64,000 bases of DNA from the NCBI RefSeq assembly GCF_009914755.1, contig NC_060933.1; one strand, 5' to 3'. Source of the DNA: the human T2T-CHM13v2.0 reference genome, Homo sapiens. The number at the start of each line of letters is the position of its first letter. Position 1 is the stretch's first letter. The translations under genes and the position numbers were made by a program. Under the pieces are notes generated by a model, which was given only the letters and a program-made list of their open reading frames with translations, was not told where the DNA came from and did not search any database. Below, one piece after another: positions 40,857-57,570 of this stretch.

Positions 40857-41141
40857 TAAGAAACAGATTATCAATTGTTTGCCTTTGTTTTCTTTTAAAG
40901 AATTTCCTTTTCCATAGAGATATGGCATGATAAACATCTTGTTCTAAAGTTTCTTTTGGGGGACACTCAACTATGTCATTGGGAAGCTCCAGTCAAGTAG
41001 AGATCTCCCTTCCGCCTAATCGAGATTCTTCATCTCAGAATGGTGTCCACCAAATGTCTTAATCCAGGTAGTCTCCTGCTTAGGAATTCATAAAATAAGA
41101 ACCTCTGGAGAAGTTAGAGGCTATTGATTGAAATGGTTTAA

Positions 41142-41550
<409 letters not shown>

Positions 41551-41574
41551 CCAACCAGGTGTTCCATGGAATGG

Positions 41575-41800
41575 TTTGAGAGGCAGTTCTACACAGAAGC
41601 CAGAAGGCCTGGGTCTGAATCCCAGATCTATCTAGCTGTGTGACCTTGAGCAAATTAATTTTCTGTGTCTCTGGTTCTATATCTATGAAATGGAGTGAAT
41701 AATACCATCTACTTCACTGGGATGTTGGGAAGATTAAACCAGGGACTGACATGAAGCACTTAGAAGAGTACGTGGTGCATGGTGAGCTACAGATAAGATT
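41575..41800 (+). mobile_element. MIR
   Basis: cctgggtctgaatcccag..tagctgtgtgaccttgagcaaatta..atgaaatgg. Confidence 0.75.
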
Positions 41801-42869
41801 TGCTTAGAAGCACTTAGAAGAGTACATGTACATAGTGAGCTACAGACAATATTTGCTATTAGCGTGATAATTTTTACTGTTTTTTATATCTTGACCATTG
41901 TATGTTTAGACAGGTGGCATTCCAATGGAGGTGGTCTCCTATAGCTGCACTGAATCATTCTTCACACTACTGAAAGTGGCAGCAAATGGGGAGCATATAA
42001 TTTATAGCTTACTTTTCTCTCTGTGTGACTCAGTGGGCAACAGTCATGTATGTACTACAATGTAAACAGCACCTCCTGGATTGAGTAGTACATAACGGAC
42101 ATGACCAGCAGAGACGGGCTGAGCCACGGAACTGAAAACCCTGGACTCTATTGCTAAATCAAGGCTTCTGAATCCCCTCCCAGCAGCTGTTGCTGTGGCA
42201 CTGCCTTCACGAGTACTCTGCTGAGCGCTCAGATTAAGGGGCTGTGCTATCCTTCATCAGACAAGCTGCAGCCAGAACTGTTCAGCTGACAAACTGGCAA
42301 CCATCCAGAAATACAGTTTGGCTACATAGTGAAGGGAGGCAAATTTAGATTCTTTTTTCATACTGAGAAAAACATGAGCATTTGATTGAACAATTCTCCT
42401 CTATTAGACTAATTGCTTTTAATTTCATATTTAATTGCTAAAAATACACTTAGAATAAAAGATTTACTGTGTTAATGTCTCAAAGAAGAAATAATTGGTA
42501 TGGTATATTTTGTTCTATGCTGAAAGCTGCCAAGCTAAAATATTTTCAATTTATACAAGGATAGGTGACATGCATGTCATATATTATTTTCCCTTTAAGC
42601 AAATTTATGTTAAGACAAAATTATCTTCCATTAAAAATTAAAAGCCATGTCAAATTAAGAGCTAAGTTGTTCTGCAGACTGGAAAACAAGTGCTTAGATG
42701 TAAAGTCAGTGAGAGAACAGTCAGAGAAAGCTTCATGAAGAGGAAATTGCCTGCCAGGTCTGAATGAATGAGGCTAGATGAGCAGGAACTGAGAAGGCAG
42801 GAAGGACAGCATGGGTAAAACTGGTGCTGACATCTGCCCAGTTAACTCTGAGGATAAAGTCCAGTAGCA

Positions 42870-43400
42870 GGGAATTAAAAACATATGTCCATACAATAAC
42901 CTGTAAATGAATGTTTGCAACAGCTGTTTTCATAATAGCCAAAAAGTGGAAACAACCTAAAGGTCCATCAGCTGATGAATGAATGGAAAACTGGTGTAGC
43001 CATGAAATAGACTATTACTTGACAATAAGACGGAATAAACTACTGTTATGTGCTACAACATGGATAAAATTCTGTAAACATTCTGCTAAGTGAAAGAGCC
43101 AGTCAGAAAGACTTCATATTGTATGACTCTATGTATATAAAATATGCAGATCATGCAAATCTATGGAGACAAAAGTGGATGGTGGTTGCCTACAACTGGA
43201 GTAGGTGGAGAGACATGGAGTGGGGTTGCAGTCATGGCTAAGAGATGTGGGGTTGCTTTTGAGAGTGGTGAAATGTTCTAGCATTGATTGTGCTGATGAC
43301 CACACAACACTGTGAGTATACTAACAGACACTGATTTGTACATTTTAAATGGTTGAACTGTCTGACATGTGAATTATCTCTCAGTGAAACTGTTTTTAAA
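42870..43400 (+). mobile_element. Old L1 3'-end fragment
   Basis: cataatagccaaaaagtggaaacaacc..ctaagtgaaagagccagtca..cattttaaatggttgaac. Confidence 0.85.
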
Positions 43401-44020
43401 ATCCCATGGTAGGATCCAGATAATTTTCTGAGCTCTCTATTTTGGATGTACATACTCTATTAGATCTGAGTATTTCTATGCCATTACAGTATATTTTAAA
43501 TGAAAAGAAGATGAAGGCAATGCCTAACTTTTCAAGTAGTTTGTAAATTAACCTAAAACGTGTGCATTTCAAAGAACAGTATGATGGCCTTTCTGTACAA
43601 GTTAATCTAGAATCCATGAAATGAATAGGCACAGCTTCTGTGTCCATTCACAAAAGTGAAGAAATAAGACAACTTTCTGGAATATTCCATTAAACATTCT
43701 CTTCTGACTTAATCTGGCTTGCCTCACCAAGGCATTAAGGAAATTATCTAAAAATACTGTTTAACAGGAAAAAAGTCAATTTTCTGTGAGGAATGATGTA
43801 TCATTCTCAACTTTCCCAAGAGTAGATATTGTAAGAGAAAACATATGCAACTATTTTTCAAAATGGCAGGACAAGAGCCAGAGTTGAAGAAGTAAGTACG
43901 TTATAAAGATAATAAAATGGTAATGATCAATTATAATGAAAATACAAAATCAAGCTGTCCACTGAAATTAGTATCCTAAAACACTTTATATTATTCAACC
44001 AGCTACAGATTAACTGTCTA

Positions 44021-44245
<225 letters not shown>

Positions 44246-45364
44246 TTAATCATATTTAACTCTAGCATACATACTTTGAAAATTATTACCACACACACAG
44301 ATTCACTTTCTTTCCCTTATATGTACACTTTCTTCTTTATTACTGAATTCAGTGAGGGACATAGAAGTTTTTATCTTCCTGCCAAATTGGTATTCTCTTA
44401 CATGACAGATTGATTCAGCCCGCTATTCATTCACCTTAGACCCTCAACTCAACCTGAGGTCCTCACATATTCAGTCACCTGTTGAAATCCTTCCAACAGA
44501 TTCCTATCTCAGAATAAAATTAAAATTCCAACGGCCTTCAAGGCCCTAGGTAACATGGCCTCTACCTCCCTCCCTGACCTCAGCTCCTACAACTCTGTCC
44601 TGTACAAACTTCAATCCCACTCTCCGTGAACTCTGCCACCCCTCATTAGTCTGAAAATGGGGATTCAATGTCAAACTCATAAATCACAGACAGCTACAAG
44701 TATCTTTGTACTGGAAAGAGTTATATCCAAATGATACTCATTGAGACTTAAAATGTAAATTATGAGCTAATTATTCATAAAAATATTCACAGTAAATTAT
44801 AAACACCTACCAGTGGAAACATTACATCAAATATCTTTTGCTAAAATTTACCACATTTATTCCAAATTGGATTTTATAACAAGTAGAAGTCTTTAAAATA
44901 CTAAGTGGTCAGAAAAATACATAATGTGAGACTGACATATTTTCAGACTTAAGTCACATTGGTATGAATCAAAACAAAGTTATACCAACTAAAATACATA
45001 AAAGAGAGAGCCACTGAAGGAAAAGCATCACAAGACACCGCAACACACTTCAGTTCATCTGGGAAATCTAGAATTAAGTGTCAAAGCGGCTTACTTAATT
45101 GAATCTTAATTTCAAAATACACATTTCAGGTACAAGCATTTCCACTTACCCGCTTCATTATGGTCTTAAAATGTGGCAACATAAAGACATTACCTTTATT
45201 ATTTCAGTAGTATAAGACTACATACCTTATCAACAATGCTCTGTATCTACTAAAATTTCACAGGTGACATAACGTCTTTACTCAAAGGAAAGCATCTCTC
45301 AGCTCCACCTTTTATTTCCTGAAAACAAAGTATGTTTCCAAGCTGATACAGTAAGCACTTTTTT

Positions 45365-45665
45365 TGGTTTATTAAAACAGCTTCGTTGAAATATGATTTT
45401 TCTTAAAACAGCTTTGTTGAAATATGATTTATAGAATTTATCTGTTTTAACAAAGAGTTAAAAGATTTTTAGTAAATTTACCGTGTTGTGCAACCATCTC
45501 TACAATTCAACTTTAGAACATTTTCATCACTCCAGGACAATCCCTCATGCCCATTAGCAGTCATGACCCACTTCCAGCCCCAGGGCTATACAAACATTAA
45601 TCTTCTTTCTGTCCCTATACCTGTATTTCCTGGATGATTCATGTAAATGGACTTACAAAGTATGG
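45365..45665 (-). mobile_element. Old L1 3'-end fragment
   Basis: gttgtgcaaccatc..ttagaacattttcatcactcca. Confidence 0.75.
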
Positions 45666-45774
45666 TAAACACATTTTCATCTATTTATTTTTATATTGAA
45701 CTAGGTTCAACATATAGCCAGAATGAAATGTTTAAATTTTCTTTCCAGAAGGTTATAAATAGTTTTCTTCATAC

Positions 45775-46690
<916 letters not shown>

Positions 46691-48672
46691 CTAAATAAAA
46701 GAAATGTTTAGCTAGCACTCAATAAAACAACATATGATGGTTATTTCTGAAATGAAAGAACAACCTGTACATTCATGCAATTAAAAGTTGCTGTAAGTGG
46801 ATATCCAACTGGAGAAAAAGTTGAAGCAAAACCTTAAACCTTAGAGAACATACATTTCAAAAAGTTCAAAAATTTATTTGAAGTCAATGAATCCATAAAA
46901 TACATACACACACACAGACACACACACACTCTAGAGAATTTTTAAGAATATCAGAATTGGAAAAGCCTTTCTCTGGATCACAACAAACTCAAAGCATGAA
47001 GTTGTTAAAAAATTTGACTAAATTAAAATCTTGGAAAAAGAAAATTGCATTTATACTCTGATACCTAACCCAGACACCACCCTATAGTAAGAGCTTTACC
47101 TCCACATCTATTTGGACAGATAAAATCTCTCAAAGTTTTAAAAGTTCTGTTTCCCTGATCATATTCTATTGTGATTTGACAATAGAATAAATATATAAGC
47201 AAGCTGCAGGATTTTCCTCAGGGCTTCTGACTCTACTTCTAGTTCTACATCAGATCACGGTTACTTCTATGGTGTAAATATATCAACACAAAAACAGAGA
47301 AACAAAAAGACACAGGCATAAAATGTGTCTTCTGCCTTTGTCACCTGGATTCTCCATGGAATAGCCAGATTGAGAGGATGTGACCTTGTGGGTCTTCAGA
47401 AACAGAAAAGAAGCTTTCCCATTTCTGAACTAAGCTTATTTTTTCCTTTGGATCCTGGGATACCAAAAAAGTGAAGGCGCTCACTGAAATAGAGGAACCA
47501 AAGTTTGCCACAACACAAGGAGCTGAGTGAAACAGCTGAGTTGCTAGTGCAGAATCCTGGAAAATGAGATGTTCCTCAAGTTTACATTCAATTACCACAA
47601 AAGTTTATAGCTGGAAGATATACAGTAGAGTTGTCCACTCTAGCCCCATTATCTACTTGATAATGGAAGTAAAACCAAGAAATATTAAGTAACTCATCCA
47701 AAGCTCCTAAGGTGGCATTACCTAGTATTTCATGGCACCAAAAGGGAAGATACAATTACATATTGCTGAATTACATAAATTACCAGATAAATACATCAAA
47801 TCTGTCAAATAAATTAAAAGTGTGACTTTGGCAAAGCAATTTAATGGCTCAGAGGGTGGTGGTGGGGCCTCATCTGCTTTTACTTTGAAAGAGGAGAATC
47901 TCTAGATTTTTGTCTGTCTTTAGAACAAAATGTACAGAACTCAGCCTTCTACTATAGAGTCAAATGCTAAATTTTTGGCTGAGGAGTTATGCTACTTATA
48001 TGATAAAATCATACATGCCAAAACCTACCATATTTTATTAAACAACATCATGTAAAACTCTTGATTCAACAGAAACACTGGAGAGTGGTGATTTTCTTAA
48101 ATATGTGAATGTATATATATTTGTTTCCAAAAATATTTAAAGTGGCCATGATGGAAGTATAAGTTTAAACAGTTTGAGTCAAACAGATAAACTTGCATGC
48201 ATGAATGCACATTAAACAGACTTCTTTGGTTGGGAATATTTGTTGCAACTCTCAAGGTCAGATACATTTTCATGTCTCTTCTCAGTCATTGCTTCCCTCC
48301 CATTGTATTACCATTTTATCATTTAAATAAATGTAATTCATCTTTAAATGAATTTAGAAAAAAGAATCTAGACATTATTTCTTTAGCAATTTCCCTTATG
48401 CTTATCTGGTTCAGAAGGTCACATGGTATATGGCTAAATAATTTTCCCAGCCCATATGCCACCTGGAAGACTCACAGTGAGACTTAGGTTAATGAATGAT
48501 CAAAGATTATGAGAATGTTTTCCAGAACCGTCATTTAGATAGCAGCACTAATCTACTTTGACACATAATTACACATTTAGATAACCCCACTGTAACTATG
48601 CACATGAGATTTTCTTGAGTAGAAAACCAGAACGAATCAGATAACTTATAATAAGAGAAGCAGCAAGGGAAC

Positions 48673-50005
48673 CTCTTTCTTTTTATAGTTGAACTTTTTT
48701 TCTTCAAAGCCAGGAACTCTACTTGTAACAAGCCCATCTCATTCTTAAGCCTTTGCATATCTTGCTGTAAGTCTTCTTCTACATATGCTTTTGATGTTCT
48801 GTCACTATGTGGTGGAGAATAACTCACATTTTCTAATTCAGGTTTCATGCTTTCATAGATATTAGCAGTGGGACTGTCATATGTGGGTCCCTGAAACACA
48901 CTTGCCAAACACCTTCTAAGCTTTAGAAGAGCTTCTAAGTTCCATGTGGCTTGTGGAAGCGCTGTATTGGTTTTCGGTTTTTGTTAAGTGTCTGTAACAG
49001 CAGAAATACTGTAGCTTTCTATTTGTATCACATGCCTCCATTCTTTGGAGTGAGCAAACCACAAATCAAAAAGAACTTTTGGATCTCCAGACTGAGGCCA
49101 ATGTCTAATGACTAATTTCCAATCTGTGGTATTTTGGGTTATATTTTCTTGTATTTGCATATCAAACTCTTGGTCTTTTTTCATTTCAGCCATAACTACT
49201 GGGTTCCTTAATTTTTCAATTTCTATATCATTACAATTCTCTTTCTTCTTCATCTCTGTGAGAAACAGGCTACATGTCTGCTTTGTTATAATTTTTACAG
49301 TCTGATCTATTTTCATTTGAATAAAGCTTAGAAGATGACTGGCAAGTGTGCTGGAGGGACCCAGAGTATAAATGCAATGACAAGACCTGAGTGAGATGGG
49401 CTCCTTCTGTTCAGGCAATGCCTGGAATACCACAGAGTTAGACACTCCAGGTGCATCTGCTTCCTCACCATCAGGGATAGGATTCATCAGATTATGGGGC
49501 ACTCCCTTTAAGTTTGTCCCTCTTTAAAGTTACAATGTAAGAGCTCTTCCTCAGGACAAACAGTAATTCTGCATTTTTCAAAACTTTCACCAATCTTCAG
49601 TTGAACTTTTTTGTAATGAATTTTTTTTTTTTTTGAGATGGACTTTCACTCTTGTTGCCCAGCTGGAGTGCAATGGCATGATCTTGGCTCAACACAACCT
49701 CTGCCTCCCAGGTTCAAGCGATTCTCCTGCCTCAGTCTCCTGAGTAGCTGGGATTACAGGCATGCACCACCACACCTGGCTAATTTTGTATTTTTAGTAG
49801 AGACAGGGTTTCTCCATATTGGTCAGGCTGGTCTTGAATTCCCGCCCTTAGGTGATCCACCCGCCTCAGCCTCCCAAAGTGCTGGGATTACAGGTGTGAG
49901 CCACCGCGCCTGGCATTGTAATGAATTTTAAAGGAAGTCCCGAATATATAGATATATCTTCTTTATTACAATTCTTACTCATTTCTGGTTCTTGAGGCAT
50001 TTTTT
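48673..50005 (-). pseudogene. Relic large exon homologous to CCDC144/ANKRD26-family exon, Alu-interrupted
   Basis: Peptides PQEPEMSKNCNKEDISIY, PEQKEP, RNPVVMAEMKKDQEFDMQ and SDRTSKAYVEEDLQQDMQRLKNEMGLLQVEFLALKK resemble CCDC144A as recalled. Frameshifted; acceptor reads tgcAA. Confidence 0.7.
49621..49914 (-). mobile_element. Alu (S-type) inserted in the relic exon
   Basis: TSD ttgtaatgaatttt at 49611 and 49916. Confidence 0.95.
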
Positions 50006-51214
50006 TGCAGGTGCAAAAGTGGAAAATTAATTTGCTTCTTTTGTTTCTCAGATGTCTTTTCTGACAGGGTGCATGTTTTAAAATTAATTTTATTCTAAAT
50101 TAAGTATGAACAAAGAAAAATAGAAAATAATTAAAATTGAACTGTGAAACTTAATCTATGTTTTACTACCCCAAGTTACTGGATTATAACTAAGAAGTAA
50201 AAAGTAATTTGCCTTGGCTTAATATAGGAGAAAAACATGAACCAGGAAGCTTAACTCTGTTTGGAGTAAATTTAATTCATTATCAATTAAATCTGACAGA
50301 AATGGGTTCACAGATGATATGTAGTATTCTAAAGGCTTTCTCTCTTGAAAAGATTTTTACCTCAGCATACCCTAAATAGTGAACCCCTACAGTGAATTCA
50401 TATTTCTGAGGATTAACTAAAGAGTAGGCAAATGTTAAATTATTAGAAGCCAAAATGAATACCAATCAGAAAGAGAAGAAAATTTTTAGATTCTACTTCA
50501 AATGTTATACTGTAATATGATAGTCTTATCTAGATAGATTATCTGCGTATATCCACATCTAATATATTCTAAGCTCCACTAGTGACAGTGGGTTAAAAAT
50601 TTTAATAGCATTTTCTATTTATGTTAAAACAAGAAAGTTATTGTTTGTACCCTGACACCAAAGTCCCATTCTGGAAGGCATAATTCTGTCAGTAGGCAGT
50701 TGGGTTGCTTTTATGACCCCATCCTCTCCCTGAACATAGACACCGAAGGCAACCAGAAACCAAAAAACAGATGAAGTCTTTAACCTCAGCACTGGTGACC
50801 AGCAACATAAGACTGCAAAGTTTGAACCACTGGGAATGATGACTCCTTTAACATGAGGTGAACTCAGTGGCCATCACTGTTCAATTGTTCATAATTTCTC
50901 TTGCTTAGTAATACAACTCCATTTTTGATGTTACCTTCTTTATCATGAAGAAGGTTATAAAAATAAAAGAGCAAAGAGAGTTCTGGAAATTTCTGGCCTC
51001 AATTCCAAGGGTACAGATAGCTGTGAGTTACTACAGACTATAAGAATATTTTAAATTTTAAAACAGGCTAAAATGTTTTAAAATTCAATATGAAATTATG
51101 CTCTGTTGGATTCTAAAAGGATAGTCTAAAAGGTCACTTCATTTGGACTATGCTATGTTATTAAAGAAAAACAAACAAACCAGTATTAAACCAGAAATTT
51201 AAATTGTTACATAC

Positions 51215-51288
51215 CCGTGGCTGTTTATTTTCACTTCTTTCAAGCCTTTCTTGCTTTTCCTCTGAAGGCACTTTTAAGTCGTGTTCTG
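51215..51288 (-). pseudogene. ANKRD18 exon (AEHDLKVPSEEKQERLERSENKQPR)
   Basis: Acceptor tttgtcag, donor gtatgt; 74 bp. Confidence 0.9.
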
Positions 51289-51797
51289 CTGACAAATCCA
51301 TATGTTTAGTTAAAATCAATGACTTAAAATAAAGACTATCATCTTTATAAAAATTGATACAAAACAACATATACTTTTATAAATTGAGAGTTTAAATGAA
51401 GCTTAATGTTTACTGGAATATTTACATTTTTAAGAAACACTTCTAATTATCTAAAACTTTAACAAACCACTTGGGGAGACACTAGATATCAGCAGGTTCA
51501 AGCCATGCAAAAGTCTCAGGGTCATCCAAAAATTATTCCACCCAATATAAAAAAACGAAACTGCTGGAAACAAAACAAAATTTAAAAATACAGTAAAAAC
51601 ATATAAAGTAACACTTTACTATTCTCTACTTCATAATAGTATCTTTTTAACATGCTAAGTAAGTTGTTATTTACTAATAATTTGCAAAATTTTTGTTACT
51701 GTTACATCTTTATAGTGTACACCCTGTTTTTTATATCTGAAATATTTTCCTCTACTATTCTGACAAATTTATTTTTGTGTTTTAAGACTCAGAATGC

Positions 51798-52092
51798 AGG
51801 CTGGGCACAGTAGCTCACACTTGTAATCCCAGCACTTTGGAAGGCCCAGGTGGGATAACTGCTTCAAGCCAGGAGTTTAGGACCAGCCTGGAGACTATAG
51901 TGAAACCCTGACTCTATAGAAAATTTGCCAAGCATGGTGGTGTGTACCTGTAGTCCCAGCTACCCAAGAGGTTGAGGCAAGAGGATCCCTTAAGCCCAGG
52001 AGTTTCAGTTTGCAGTGAGTCTCGATTATGCCATTGCACTCCACCCTGGGTGACAGAGTAAGAACTTGTTTCCAAAAACAGAAAAGGAAAAA
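51798..52092 (+). mobile_element. Alu (J-type)
   Basis: Diverged dimer. Confidence 0.9.
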
Positions 52093-52744
52093 AGGCTCAA
52101 AATGCTATGTGAAGTCCTCCCTGAATCTGGCTATCTTTCTCCACATACACAGGTGTCTCCTTCCTTGGGGCTCTCTTAGTACTTTTTGAATTTTTCTAGT
52201 GTCACTTCACCATCTGAGCTGCACATCATGTCTTTGCATGTCTATCCCCTTTGTTGCTAGACTGTAGCAATCATCTTTGTATAAACAGTCTTTATTTTAC
52301 TAAACATTTATTGAGTTCCTGCTAAGTGGTAGGCACTGGGGTTTAAAGAATGAGAATAAAAGCTGTCAGGGATGGCTTTTCTAGAGATCATGCCTGGGCT
52401 GAGACTTAGACAGTGAGGTTCACCAGACTAAAACAGGCAGAGGGCAGCAATGATAACACATGCCAGGCAGTGGCAAGAGAGGGAGAGAAGCCTCCCAGAG
52501 CATATGTATTTATCTACATGAGAAGGATGGTGACAGAGGCATCACCAGCAGCGCAGTAATGCCAGAAAAAGGGGCAGACAGAGAAAGGGCTGCAGAAGAT
52601 GAAGCCAGTTTCTGAAAGCCTTATATAAACCAACTATTACTGTCATTTCTTAAATTTTTTAAAAAAGCAAAACAAATTAGAAAAGCGTAATTGCAAGAAA
52701 AAGACCAACATTTTATTTGATTGTATCTTATCTTATTTGACTTG

Positions 52745-53035
52745 ATTTTTCTTAGAGATGGGGTCTCACTCTGCCACCCAGGCTACAGTGTAATGTTGCT
52801 ATCATAGCTAACTACAGGCTCAAACTTCTAGGCTCAAGTAATTCTCCTGCTTCAGACTCCCAAGTAGCTGGGATCACAGGTGCAGAACACTACATCCAGC
52901 TACAGTTTTTGAAAAAATAGTCACGGGGTCTGGTGATGTTGCCCAGGTTGCTGGACCTCCAAGCCTCAAGGGATGCTTCTATCTCAGCCTCCAACACTGA
53001 CGAGATTACAGGCAGGAGCCACCATCCCCGGCAAC
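52745..53035 (-). mobile_element. Alu (J-type)
   Basis: Diverged dimer. Confidence 0.85.
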
Positions 53036-53226
53036 ACCAATATTTTCAAATGAATAAACTGGAGCTCTATCATTTTATTTTATCATGGATGGGTGAAAAC
53101 TTTGTAATAGACTCATGTACTCCATGGATTTGTGACAAGGAAACTATAGCATTAACTATGGCTGAAGCTTCCCTTGTCTCCCAGTCTCTTTACATGGTTA
53201 AGAGTGGAGATACTCAAGTGTCTTAC

Positions 53227-53280
53227 CTTTTGCACCTTCTTTTCTTTTTTTCAAATTTGCAGGCTTCATAGCTGCTGTTT
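53227..53280 (-). pseudogene. ANKRD18 54-bp exon (ETAAMKPANLKKRKEGAK)
   Basis: Acceptor tttgacag, donor gtaaga. Confidence 0.9.
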
Positions 53281-53524
53281 CTGTCAAACATGCAAGCTTC
53301 TTAGATATTCCTTCTGGAAGACATCATCCCTCTGCCTCCTTACCTGGCAAAGTTTCACTTACTCTGCGTGCTTACCCTAAATCCTACCCATTTTTTTTTA
53401 GAAGCTTGCACTCATCAACACAAATTCAAAAGTGAATGGCATCTAATGAACATAATAAATACCTAGTAAATAATAACTATATGCTCCCAGGTGACATCTA
53501 TCCTCCGTCTACCCTCTACATAAT

Positions 53525-53799
53525 GGGTCAGCACACTGCAGACCACAGGCCAAATCCTGCCTACCATATGTTTTTTCTCAATGAAGTTTTATGAGAGTAC
53601 AGTCATGCCTATTCACTGACATGCTATCTATGACTGCTTTCACACTACAATGCCAGGGTTGAGTAGCTACAACAGAGACCACATGGCCTTCAGCTGCTTA
53701 AATCATTAAATCCTTCTTGAAAAAGAGAGAGAGAGAGAGACCACATGGCCTAAAATATTTCCTATTTGGCCCTTTACAGAAAAAGCTTGCCAATCCCTG
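53525..53799 (+). mobile_element. MER58-like hAT DNA transposon
   Basis: gggtcagcacact..tggccctttacagaaaaagcttgccaatccctg. Confidence 0.75.
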
Positions 53800-54101
53800 C
53801 TTTATACCCTCAACAGAATGCCCTATATCTCAAATTGAATCTAATGCCTCCCCTGTTTACACTTTTCCAATGAATTTCTAGAGCAAACACTGCTGGCTCC
53901 CTACCCAAGAGCAGTTCCTTGTTGTTTCTTGCTGGAGAATCACAAATCTGTTTGGGTATTTATTATCCCAATACCTCTCCCTCCTCAGCTTCAAAAGATA
54001 AGTGATTATTCTAAGCTAATCACATAACTACATTTGCTTTCCCAGTGCCTGGTTTAGGAATGAGCATGTGGTGTGACCCAGCTAATAAAATATTACAGAA
54101 A

Positions 54102-54622
<521 letters not shown>

Positions 54623-54946
54623 TTATGGTTTTGGCCACTGTTAGGTCTTCTAGTATTTGCAGCCAAAAGCATTCTACCTCAGAAGTTTCCCCTGGCCTAC
54701 AGCATAAGATCTACTCATTTCTATACTATTAAAAGTCTTTTATTGAACTGGTTTCTAGACACAGGTAAAACAACAACAAAGTCTTTCCTAAGCTTGCCTT
54801 CACTGACACATACTAAACATAATAAATACATAATAAATAATAACTATAAGCTATTTTCACCTCATTACCAAGCACTCCATATTTTTTTTTGCACTAGTAA
54901 ATTTGAACTGCTCATAAACTCTACAAAGTTCACTCAGGTGTCCTAT

Positions 54947-55000
54947 CTTTTGAACTTGCTCCTTGTGTTTTAAAACTTTCATTCTTCATGGCTTCTGCTT
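54947..55000 (-). pseudogene. Duplicated 54-bp exon (EAEAMKNESFKTQGASSK) with dead donor
   Basis: Same acceptor context as 53280. The donor reads ATagga rather than GT. Confidence 0.8.
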
Positions 55001-55687
55001 CTGTCAAACATGCAAGCTTGTTAGATACTCTTTCTGCCAAGCATCATCCCTCTGCCTCCTTACCTGGCAAAGTTCCACTCACTCTACACACTTACCCTAA
55101 ATCCTACCCACATTTTAGAAGATTGCATTCATCACCACAAACATAAACGTGCCTGGCACATACTGAACATGATACATACGTAATAAATAACTATAAGCTC
55201 CCAGATGACATTGGACACACAGTAAGCACTATTTCAGGTAGTAAATAAAATAAATAACAGTGGTAATAACAATCTCCTAACTCTAGTTTTTAAATGCATT
55301 TTGAAACATTGGAAAATGCTTAGTCTATAACAGATACATGATAGTTATTATTTAAATGGACAAGTATTTGAATGAATTATTTTTCTTAAAAATTCTGTTG
55401 AAAAAACACAAAAATTAAAGTTATCTATATTCTATTATGAGCACCTTAAAGACAAAAACTATGTCAATTCCATCTTTGTCTCCTGCAATTTGCCAAACCT
55501 AACTTATAGAAGTGGTTTGATAAATATGTACTAAATTAAAGGTGTCTTTATATAGTTCAGATTGTACAATGCATTAGGTGTTATATTTTTGTTATTGTGA
55601 ACCATTTTTATAATTTTATTATAATTTTTTGAGCCTAGAGTTTGGCTATTGGAATATTTATTATGATTATCTCTTGCCTAATGGTAA

Positions 55688-55995
<308 letters not shown>

Positions 55996-56359
55996 TAACA
56001 GATTATTTTGTTCCAATAAAATTACTATTATTATGATAATTATCCAGCACATAAAAAAACACAGCTTGTTCTAAGAAGTGAATATATCTCATGAAGTTCC
56101 AACTTACGGTGAATAAATTAAAAATAGACCTTGTTTGTATAAGAATATGTAACATAACTTCTGCTTCTTGGAAAGGAATTACTTTTCTGTCTTCTGCATT
56201 CAGTAGGTATCTTCAAAAATAATCTTCTATTTGTATGGGTGCACACTGGCTCCATTTTATGATTCTTATTGCCATTTGTTTATGGTATCAGAAAGGGATT
56301 TTCGAATTCCTAGTTCTAAAGACAGTTACTTTCTTAGTGACACAAATTCCTATGTAATG

Positions 56360-56794
56360 CAGTTGACTCTTGAACAACAAGAGTTTGAACTGCAAGGGTC
56401 CACTTATATGCAGATTTTTCTTCTGCTTCTGCAACTCAGAGACAGCAAAACCAACCATTTTCTTCCTCCTCAGCCTAATCAACCTGAAGATGAAAAAGAT
56501 GAAGACCTTTGGGAGGATTCACTTACGTTTATGGATAGTAAGTATATTTTTTTATTTTCTATGATTTTCTTTATAACAGCTTCATTTCTCTAGCTTACTT
56601 TATTCTAAAAGCATAGTATGTAATAATGCAACACATACAAATACGTGTTCACTGACTGTTTATGTTATCACTAAAGTTTCCAGTCAATGGTAGGTTATTA
56701 GTAGTTACATTTGGAAGGAGTTGAAGTTGTACTCAGATTTTCAACTCCACAGGGATCAGAGTCCCTAACCCCCACAATATTCAAGAATCAACTG
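56360..56794 (+). mobile_element. Tigger2a/MER28-like non-autonomous DNA transposon
   Basis: Terminal inverted repeats cagttgactcttgaa / ttcaagaatcaactg; 435 bp. Confidence 0.85.
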
Positions 56795-57133
56795 TAATTA
56801 AGATTTATTTACTAAATGCAAACCATTTACTATAAAAATTAAATAGAAGATCCATTTGCATAACAAGTCCAATTTGTAACAATGTATAGAAGAAAATGCA
56901 ACATATTAACTTAATCTAATTTCTTATTTATATTAATACAAAAATATGTAGAATTTCAGGGATCATAAGTAGGTAAATGAATTTTTTCAGACAATACTGT
57001 TTGAGACTGAGAATTAGCTACAACTAACTTCTTAAATAACTCTGAATTCTAAACTAAAGAAATTTTAAAAAATTTATATATAAACATATATATTTTAAAC
57101 TGCTCTTTTATGATTAAAAATATGTAATCTTAC

Positions 57134-57448
<315 letters not shown>

Positions 57449-57502
57449 TAAAATCAGTAAGATCACCAAGGGAAATCAGAAATTTACTATCAGAAGTCTT
57501 AC

Positions 57503-57570
57503 CTTGATTGTCATTTCAAAGATGATTTTTAAGTTTCTTATTTTTATGTTCCAAAATTTGTTGTTGAATG
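57503..57570 (-). pseudogene. ANKRD18 exon (IQQQILEHKNKKLKNHL*NDNQ) with nonsense codon
   Basis: Acceptor tgcatag, donor gtaaga; 68 bp; in-frame TGA at 57516-57518. Confidence 0.9.
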
